Below, piece by piece: positions 1 through 6,475 of a stretch of DNA of 19,490 nt. The DNA comes from Bdellovibrionales bacterium. GTDB taxonomy: Bacteria; Bdellovibrionota; Bdellovibrionia; Bdellovibrionales; UBA1609. The position numbers and the translations under genes are program-made. How positions within the stretch are numbered: the first letter of the stretch is position 1; the number at the start of each line of letters is the position of its first letter. A model generated the notes under the pieces. It was not told where the DNA came from and did no database searches. It saw nothing but the letters and a program-made list of their open reading frames with translations. Location of the stretch: contig JBFWVI010000052.1 in assembly GCA_050246815.1 (NCBI GenBank), positions 1-19,490 of the forward strand, in the 5' to 3' direction.

Positions 1-2
1 CA

Positions 3-32
3 TTGACAAGCTGAGCCCACCCTTTTAACTAT
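3..32 (+). promoter_or_regulatory. Candidate sigma70 promoter of tRNA-Asn
   Basis: Perfect TTGACA at 3-8 and TAACTAT at 26-32 (17-18 nt spacer), ending 17 nt before the tRNA. The -10 match is imperfect. Confidence 0.45.
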
Positions 33-49
33 GTGTCTTCCACAAGCGT

Positions 50-124
50 TCAGGCGTAGCTCAGTGGTAGAGCAGTTGGCTGTTAACCAATTGGTCGGGA
101 GTTCGAATCTCTCCGCCTGAGCCA
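50..124 (+). tRNA. tRNA-Asn (anticodon GTT)
   Basis: Acceptor stem TCAGGCG(50-56)/CGCCTGA(114-120), D arm GCTC..GAGC, anticodon loop CTGTTAA (80-86), T loop TTCGAAT, discriminator G and encoded CCA (122-124). Confidence 0.97.
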
Positions 125-138
125 TTTTTGCCTCAATA

Positions 139-1323
139 CTAAATTGTTCTTTGCCCCATGATTTTCAGCACTCGACGAAAGTGCGCCTTAAATTCACCTA
201 CGGCCAGATAGCCTTTCAGGCGAAAGGGGTCTTGCAGGTCTTGAAGAATTTTACTTTCGAGCCGGTCGATCTGCTCGGGGCGCAAGTGTTTTTGGTGTTT
301 GATCAGCGCCATTAAGTCCCGGGGGTCCAGGCGGCGGTTTTCATGCAGACTGGAATAGTAAATCAGATGCACGATTTTTTGGTCACGGGGATTAGAAAAG
401 CGCGCAAGTGTGCGCATCGCTGTACCCCGCATGGACGGCGTGACTAAAAGTGGTCGCGGCGACATAAAATGGCCCAGCAGATCATGTTTGCTGGCCTCTT
501 GTGCCTCAACATGTTCATAACCATCCAAAGACACAACGGTTTGGCCATCCAACAAAACGACCGGCCACTCATTGCGCAGGACCATTAAGTTCAGATCTTC
601 AATTTCAGAGAGCGCTAGGGTCGGGCGGGCCCAAAAACCCTGGCGGAAGCGCTGAATGAGGGCGTCAAATTCAGCTTCGATGTCTTGCCGATAGGGCAAA
701 AAGTAAGCGATTCGATTTTGAGCGTTGCGATTGTGGCCGCCAATGGAGCGAAAAATAAAATCCACCTCATCGGCGGAATGATCTTGCATGAAAATTAAAA
801 AATTTCGGCTCCAAAAATCAGTGGCTTCAAGACTTGGTCCGGGCAAGGCGTTATAGGCGTCTTCTTGCTCTTCACTTAAGAAAGAAAGCAAAAAGCGGGT
901 GGCGTCGCCGGCTTTTAAAAAACCCTGATCGTCGATAGCCGAGCTGAAGACAGAGACTGCAACCGCGTAGGCCAAAAAATTTGCGTAGCCGCGAATTCCG
1001 TTTAAAGCTTTGCTTCGGGCGTCTTCAAGGTGGGGTAGAAAAATTTCGAGCACGCGTTTGGTGCCAGGCGTGGCGCGGGCCCCCAGCTTTGCCATTTGTT
1101 GATCGGTAAAGGTGTCGGCCATTTTTACATCTACTGCTTGGGTCAGGCCCGACCAGTCGCCTAAAAGACGATCGCAATCGGCGTGTGCATCTGCAGCCAA
1201 CGCATGGAGCGAGGTCAACAACAGCGATGCCACTGTAAGGCCCGCACAGACCAGTTGCGGAGCAGTTCTCCAACGTGTTGTAATACCTACCGTTAATGTC
1301 CAGTTCTTCAACAATAAGCGCAC
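139..1323 (-). CDS. Hypothetical exported protein with possible His-based metal-binding motif
   Basis: Long ORF. Start reassigned to GTG 1323 (GGGAG 10 nt upstream), uncertain. Hydrophobic segment ending in LHALA-A resembles a signal peptide. C-terminal half has DG..KHDLLGH and LHE. No family recognised. Confidence 0.72.
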   Translation of the reverse strand: MRLLLKNWTLTVGITTRWRTAPQLVCAGLTVASLLLTSLHALAADAHADCDRLLGDWSGLTQAVDVKMADTFTDQQMAKLGARATPGTKRVLEIFLPHLEDARSKALNGIRGYANFLAYAVAVSVFSSAIDDQGFLKAGDATRFLLSFLSEEQEDAYNALPGPSLEATDFWSRNFLIFMQDHSADEVDFIFRSIGGHNRNAQNRIAYFLPYRQDIEAEFDALIQRFRQGFWARPTLALSEIEDLNLMVLRNEWPVVLLDGQTVVSLDGYEHVEAQEASKHDLLGHFMSPRPLLVTPSMRGTAMRTLARFSNPRDQKIVHLIYYSSLHENRRLDPRDLMALIKHQKHLRPEQIDRLESKILQDLQDPFRLKGYLAVGEFKAHFRRVLKIMGQRTI

Positions 1324-1357
1324 TTCAAATTCACTCCCGCGGCAGTGCGTACAAATT

Positions 1358-1373
1358 AGCAATTATCGTGCGC
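1358..1373 (-). promoter_or_regulatory. Imperfect sigma54-like -24/-12 motif
   Basis: Minus strand GCGCACGATAATTGCT versus consensus TGGCACG-N4-TTGCW. The near-invariant GG is CG here. Confidence 0.28.
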
Positions 1374-1393
1374 AAAACTTACGCAAAGTTTAC
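1371..1393. repeat. 11-bp tandem direct repeat in the divergent intergenic region, possible regulator site
   Basis: CGCAAAACTTA / CGCAAAGTTTA, 9/11 identical, one helical turn period. Confidence 0.4.
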
Positions 1394-1457
1394 ATGTTCT
1401 TTCTACGGGCTTAAGGATAAAACAGGCGTGGTCGTCATTCACAAGCTGGGGGTTCCC

Positions 1458-2492
1458 ATGGCGCGGATTGCCAATATTGCCACGGCTGTTCCGAAGTATC
1501 GCTTTTCTCAAGCTGATGCCTATCAGCAGGCGCAAATCATTTTCGCGAAGCAGGGGTTTGATATTTCCCGCTTTTCCAGTGCGTTTTTAAATACGCAAAT
1601 TGAACATCGTCACTCGGTTGTGCCCATGGAGTGGTATTTGGAGTCGCACAATTGGACGGATCGTAATCGCCTATACATCGACGAAGCCGTGACGTTGCTG
1701 CAGCAAGTGGCAGTGAATTCTTTGGACGGCTCGGGGTTCGCTTTGGACGATGTCACGGACGTGTTGACGGTGTCGACCACCGGCATTGCCACGCCCAGCC
1801 TTGAAGCCATGCTGATGGACCGGTTGAGATTCAAAAGTAACGTGCGCCGCACACCCATCTTCGGTCTGGGTTGCGCCGGCGGGTTGATGGGGCTTAACCG
1901 CGCGCAACAGATCGCGGCTGCTGACGACAACAACGTGGTTTTACTTTTGGTGGTGGAGCTATGTTCCTTAAATTTCATGCGACAAGAAATTTCTAAACAG
2001 AACATCATCGCCACGGCGCTTTTTGCCGACGGCGCCGCAGGCGTGGTGTTGTCGAACAAGGCCAACGGTCCCAAGATCGTGAAGAGCGTCGAGCACCGCT
2101 GGCCGGATTCGCTTTCGGTCATGGGCTGGGATGTGACGGACAACGGACTTGAGGTGGTCTTTTCGCGAAGCATCCCCGATCTGGTGAAAAAAGATTTTCG
2201 ATTTGTACTAGAAAATTTTTTTGAAAAGCAAAAAATCAATCGCCAAAGCATTCAGTACTTTTTGAGTCATCCGGGAGGGGCCAAAGTCATGGATGAGCTT
2301 GAGCAGCTCTTTGAGTTGCCCCAGCTGTCCATGCACCACTCTCGCGCGGTGTTGCGCGATTGTGGCAATATGTCGGCGCCCACGGTGCTTTTTGTTTTAA
2401 AGCGGGCCATGGATGAGGAGATGAGGGGGCGTGCGCTTTTGACAACATTCGGGCCGGGCTTTTCAGCGGTGATCACCTTGCTAGAGGCATAA
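1458..2492 (+). CDS. Type III polyketide synthase (chalcone synthase-like, BpsA/SrsA type)
   Basis: Cys-His-Asn triad motifs GLGCAGG, SHPGG and GNMSAPT, plus VELCSL, ALFADGA and FGPGF. Start placed at ATG 1458 (MARIANIATAVP) after a G-rich SD. Confidence 0.93.
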   Translation: MARIANIATAVPKYRFSQADAYQQAQIIFAKQGFDISRFSSAFLNTQIEHRHSVVPMEWYLESHNWTDRNRLYIDEAVTLLQQVAVNSLDGSGFALDDVTDVLTVSTTGIATPSLEAMLMDRLRFKSNVRRTPIFGLGCAGGLMGLNRAQQIAAADDNNVVLLLVVELCSLNFMRQEISKQNIIATALFADGAAGVVLSNKANGPKIVKSVEHRWPDSLSVMGWDVTDNGLEVVFSRSIPDLVKKDFRFVLENFFEKQKINRQSIQYFLSHPGGAKVMDELEQLFELPQLSMHHSRAVLRDCGNMSAPTVLFVLKRAMDEEMRGRALLTTFGPGFSAVITLLEA

Positions 2493-2493
2493 A

Positions 2494-2988
2494 ATGGCTT
2501 GGGGTATTCTTGGCTTCATTGTCGTACAAAGATTAGTCGAGCTCGGTTGGGCGCAGCACAACACCACGCAACTTTTGAAGCGGGGCGCACGCGAATTTTC
2601 GCCGCGGCACTATGGATTGATTGTTTTACTGCATGCGACCTGGCTTGGCGCTCTGACTTATCGGCTTTATCGAGGCGAAGTGATGTCCGTGGCACCCGTG
2701 TTTTTTTGGGCCTTTGTGTTTTTAACCCTGATGCGGTTTTGGGTTTTATGGAGTCTGGGGTCTTATTTTACGACCAGGATTATTTCGTTGCCCGGCGCCC
2801 CGTTGGTGCGCACGGGACTTTACCGATTTTTAAGACACCCGAACTATGCTGTGGTGATAGGCGAAATCTTTATTGTGCCCCTGATTTTTGGCTGGGCCGA
2901 TATCGCTTTGATTTGGGGAACAGCCAACATTGGACTGCTGGCTTACCGAATTCGCTGTGAAAACGAGGCGCTTCAAATTCGCCAATGA
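2494..2988 (+). CDS. Isoprenylcysteine carboxyl methyltransferase family membrane protein (BpsB/SrsB type polyketide O-methyltransferase)
   Basis: Hydrophobic 164 aa with QRLVEL, GLYRFLRHPNY and RIRCENEAL motifs. Starts 1 nt after the PKS stop, so probably translationally coupled. Confidence 0.92.
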   Translation: MAWGILGFIVVQRLVELGWAQHNTTQLLKRGAREFSPRHYGLIVLLHATWLGALTYRLYRGEVMSVAPVFFWAFVFLTLMRFWVLWSLGSYFTTRIISLPGAPLVRTGLYRFLRHPNYAVVIGEIFIVPLIFGWADIALIWGTANIGLLAYRIRCENEALQIRQ

Positions 2989-3105
2989 GCGCTTGCCCCA
3001 ACCTCGAGTCAAGAGTGTGCCGGAATGCGACGGCTCTATGAAGAACGGCTTAGCCCTCTATGGAAAGCATTCGACAGATTTAAAAAAAATGAACAGTGTT
3101 CAGGT

Positions 3106-3120
3106 GTCTCAAGCTGAGAC
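3106..3120. promoter_or_regulatory. Palindrome GTCTCA-AGC-TGAGAC, candidate transcription factor site
   Basis: Perfect 6-bp arms, intergenic, about 65 nt upstream of the kinase start. A related copy lies at 6391-6405. Confidence 0.45.
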
Positions 3121-3186
3121 CCGCCGTTTCAGCCGCTTACACCAGGAATATAAATTAGAATCTTCTTAAAGGCGGAGGATTTGAAC

Positions 3187-4500
3187 ATGGGGCCTAATGA
3201 GCCAAAAATAGTTGCGGGGCATGATCGCTTCGTTTTCTATTCCATGTTGACCGTGGGCGCATTGACAGGCACGACGGGCCTTTTGGAGCTTGCTTTTTAC
3301 CCACGCCAGTATTGGCAGCCGCTGACAGCCATTTTAAGTTGCCTACTCTATATACGTACTGCTTTTTTGATTCGCAAGGGAGTTCCTCTTCAGAAATTTC
3401 TGATACCGTTAACAATCACGGGAGTTCCCTATTTATCGATGCGGATTCTTTTGACCAAAGGGTTGGCCGGCTCGATCACGGTTTGGTATGCGATATTTCC
3501 ATTTTATATGATGCTTTTTGGCTGGCCAAAGTGGCGACGCTGGGCAATGGCCTATGTGGCGGTTGGCTTTTTCGCCACATATTTGATTCAGGAGTATTAT
3601 GGCTCCTATTTTTATGCCGAATTTAATATGTACCCTTCTTTCTTGGCGCACTTTCTGACTTTGACCGTGATATTTTCGCTCGCCGTTCATGTGCAGCTGT
3701 ACGAGTCTTTAAGGCGCCGGCACGAAAGCACCATTCGGGCGCAAAAGGAAGCGTTGGAAAGTTCGCGTCGGTTGGCCACAGTGGGCGAATTGGCGGGCGG
3801 GGTGGCGCATGAGGTTAACAACCCACTGGCCACGCTGCAGCTGGTTGCAGAAATGTTGAAAGACAGTCCCGAAAGTTGGTCAGATAAACTCTACATGAAC
3901 CAGCAACTTGATAAAATTTTAAATGTTGTTGAGCGTATTTCTTTAACCGTAAATTCGCTGCTGCGATTTTCTCGTCGTAGATCAGGCGCAGACCTCATGC
4001 CCGAATCAATTGAAAAATTAATACAAGAAGCCGTGATCCTGAATAGCTTTCGCATCAAGACCGCCAGAGTCAATTTGCAGGTCAATTTTCATGGTTTCGA
4101 AAAAAGCGAAATTTTTTGCCGCCCTGATGAATTTTCGCAAGTTTTAATGGCGCTGCTGGTGAACGCGATCGAAGCGGCAGAAAAAGCGCCGAAGCCGTGG
4201 GTGAGCATCGATTATAGCGAGCAAGGCGAATATTTTACCCTGGCGATAAGCAATTCAGGCTCAAAGATTGCGTCGGATGTGGCCTCGCGGATGTTTGACC
4301 CGTATTTCACCACCAAGGAGTTTGGCAAGGGACCAGGGTTGGGCCTGAGCGTCGCCTTAGGCGTGGTGCAAAGCCATGGCGGTGCGCTCATCCACGATAC
4401 GAATTCTAAAAACACGACTTTTAAAATTAAGATGTCCAAAATATCCAAGCCGATCGCTGAAGTTTTAGGCAAACCTGGTCTGAAGAAGCTAGCGGGCTAA
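3187..4500 (+). CDS. Membrane sensor histidine kinase (HisKA + HATPase_c, NtrB-like)
   Basis: About 5-6 hydrophobic N-terminal segments. H box AHEVNNPL, N box LLVNAIEA, F box FDPYFTTK, G2 GKGPGLGLS. GGAGG at 3174-3178 favours ATG 3187 over TTG 3181. Confidence 0.93.
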   Translation: MGPNEPKIVAGHDRFVFYSMLTVGALTGTTGLLELAFYPRQYWQPLTAILSCLLYIRTAFLIRKGVPLQKFLIPLTITGVPYLSMRILLTKGLAGSITVWYAIFPFYMMLFGWPKWRRWAMAYVAVGFFATYLIQEYYGSYFYAEFNMYPSFLAHFLTLTVIFSLAVHVQLYESLRRRHESTIRAQKEALESSRRLATVGELAGGVAHEVNNPLATLQLVAEMLKDSPESWSDKLYMNQQLDKILNVVERISLTVNSLLRFSRRRSGADLMPESIEKLIQEAVILNSFRIKTARVNLQVNFHGFEKSEIFCRPDEFSQVLMALLVNAIEAAEKAPKPWVSIDYSEQGEYFTLAISNSGSKIASDVASRMFDPYFTTKEFGKGPGLGLSVALGVVQSHGGALIHDTNSKNTTFKIKMSKISKPIAEVLGKPGLKKLAG

Positions 4501-6291
4501 GCCCGCTGTCGCGGCGGCGGGCTTGGTCGGCTGTGGGCGGCGCTTAAGTTTGTCTGAAATAAAATAATTTAAACAGGATTCATTTTGACAACAGCTCATC
4601 ATCTGGGCGCGGTTGCGAGAAAGCAGCCGCGAGGCTTCTTGCGCTCGCGCGATGGCGGCCGAAGCTTCGCTTGAGAAGACATAACTATGTGTGTACAGCT
4701 TTTTATTTCGCCATTCATTTGGCTGTAGAGTCTTATAGGTCTCCCTTTGATCGCGAGCATCTTTATTCTCGGGCGTGCTGTATTGTAAAGTGCGGGGTTG
4801 CCCACCATTGACATGCATCAGTGTGGGCAGCTGATGTTGTCTAGCCTGTTCGGGGTGAATTTGCACTCGACTGATCTGCGTGTCTTGATCCGTTTCAATT
4901 TTATAAGAGATCCATTTACGGTCGCTGCCAGCGACGGTGACAAGGTAAGATGGTGAAGAGCCGGCTTGGCAACGAAGATCCATAACCCGTGGCGAGTAGC
5001 GTTGCAAAATTTGATTTAAGTCCGGATCGCGGCGACGCAGCTCTTGTTCGTGCAAACTTAATTTGGCAAAAAATTCTTGATCGACGCAATCAGCTTCTTT
5101 TTTACCAAGTTGCTTGCAAAGATTGCGGAATTCATTGCAACCCACTGTTTGGCAGTCCGATACGGAGCCTGTCGTGGTCACGCCTTGAAGCACACTTTCG
5201 GCGCTGTCTTTGGCTGCACCAAAATACTCGGCGCCGACCCAAAGCGCACCCAAGCGCGAAGTTTGAAGACCCAGGCTGCGAACAGCGGCAAAAGCTCGTG
5301 CACCCATACTTTTTGTGACACTGGCGGCGGACTGTTCGGTCGCGCTGGTCACCGCGGCAGCTCGCGCGGCGGTCGGGGGAGCTGGTTCCGCCGCAAGGGC
5401 TGGGGCTGGAGGTGCTGGGCGCACGGTCGCGGCGACCGGTGACGGCGGGATCAAATTCTGCACGTCAACGTACTTTGCTTGTGCGATTAAGCCTTGGGCC
5501 AACCGACCAAAACCATGTTTGGCCACGCGTTTGGGGTCGCAGCTCGCAACAACCTCTTTGTAGTTTAGGTGATCTTCGGCATATTGGGCCACGGCAACCA
5601 TGCGTTTGAGCTGTTCGGGCTTCAAACCCAGTTCGTGTTGCTTTTCAACTATCCATCGGGAAGAGGGAATGAAAGCTCTTTTTATGGTTCCATTGTTCGC
5701 GCCGAACTCGTGTGCCCGTGCTTGCGCGACGTCGTGGTAATCGAGGGCTTCCACCAGATTCGACAAGAGCACACCGGCTTTGCCGTTTTTGTATCTCCTA
5801 GAGATGGCACTGTTCCAGTGACTGTTGTCACGATCGTTTAGTTGGTCCCGACGACGCATCAGGTTGCGGCGCTGAGGATCATGTTCGGGCAGGCTGCGAT
5901 AATCAAGGCCATGGCTGTTGGCCTGAGCCAAGGTTTGAACGACGGGATGGTCGCGGCGTAAATTGTTTTTTTCGTAGTCGTGATTCAAAGTTGTGGTAAC
6001 TGCGGTGCCAATGTCTGCCGCCAAAATCGCATATTCGGAATTTGCGGCGATGAACTTCTTGTCGCTGAGCAATTTGAAAACGGCAGTGCCCAGACGCAAG
6101 CGGTGCGCCGCCGAACCGTTACGGAATTCTTTCACTTCGGCCGGGCTAGCGGCGGGTAGCACCACGGCCTCGCTGACCAGGGCGAAGAAGATCAGCGTAA
6201 AAATGACGACGCGGGTGGGCCAGAAAAGAATATTGACGATTTGAGGAACTTTCCTGGGCATTTTTTGCGTCTCAGTTGCGTTAATTCGCAT
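4489..6291 (-). CDS. Exported or membrane-anchored multidomain protein with putative HD domain and Cys-rich C-terminal region
   Basis: 600-aa ORF with an N-terminal hydrophobic segment, H...HD...D pattern (AAHRLR, LNHDYEK, EALDYHD), Ala/Pro linker and multiple Cys after the linker. Start may be 6261. Overlaps the kinase 3' end by 12 nt. Confidence 0.78.
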   Translation of the reverse strand: MRINATETQKMPRKVPQIVNILFWPTRVVIFTLIFFALVSEAVVLPAASPAEVKEFRNGSAAHRLRLGTAVFKLLSDKKFIAANSEYAILAADIGTAVTTTLNHDYEKNNLRRDHPVVQTLAQANSHGLDYRSLPEHDPQRRNLMRRRDQLNDRDNSHWNSAISRRYKNGKAGVLLSNLVEALDYHDVAQARAHEFGANNGTIKRAFIPSSRWIVEKQHELGLKPEQLKRMVAVAQYAEDHLNYKEVVASCDPKRVAKHGFGRLAQGLIAQAKYVDVQNLIPPSPVAATVRPAPPAPALAAEPAPPTAARAAAVTSATEQSAASVTKSMGARAFAAVRSLGLQTSRLGALWVGAEYFGAAKDSAESVLQGVTTTGSVSDCQTVGCNEFRNLCKQLGKKEADCVDQEFFAKLSLHEQELRRRDPDLNQILQRYSPRVMDLRCQAGSSPSYLVTVAGSDRKWISYKIETDQDTQISRVQIHPEQARQHQLPTLMHVNGGQPRTLQYSTPENKDARDQRETYKTLQPNEWRNKKLYTHSYVFSSEASAAIARAQEASRLLSRNRAQMMSCCQNESCLNYFISDKLKRRPQPTKPAAATAGLAR

Positions 6292-6302
6292 GCTATTAGT
6301 AA

Positions 6303-6318
6303 TGCAACCTTTGCCCCA
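6303..6318 (-). promoter_or_regulatory. Sigma54-like -24/-12 motif for the HD-like gene
   Basis: Minus strand TGGGGCAAAGGTTGCA = GG-N10-GC with TTGCA. Predicted start site about 6291-6292. Confidence 0.42.
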
Positions 6319-6390
6319 ACTCGAGACGCTAAACTGCCTTTGTGGCCATCAGGCTTTAGGCACCTGTCGAGACTTTAAGCTCGAAACCAC

Positions 6391-6405
6391 GTCTCGTTTT
6401 GAGAT
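6391..6405. promoter_or_regulatory. Second GTCTC-N5-GAGA(C/T) palindrome
   Basis: GTCTCGTTTTGAGAT in the divergent intergenic region. Confidence 0.4.
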
Positions 6406-6409
6406 TCAC

Positions 6410-6437
6410 TCAATCTTTAGGCTAGTCGAGCCGAAAA
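6410..6437 (+). promoter_or_regulatory. Sigma28 (FliA)-like promoter of the fibre gene
   Basis: TCAA-N16-GCCGAAAA versus consensus TAAA-N15-GCCGATAA. Confidence 0.55.
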
Positions 6438-6475
6438 GAACTATGTGACTTCAGCACGTTGAAGGAGCCATTCGC

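Noticed and set aside
1296..1457. 54-aa N-terminal extension of the PKS in the ORF track
   Set aside because: Overlaps the divergent gene start and promoter region. The type III PKS-like sequence begins at Met 1458.
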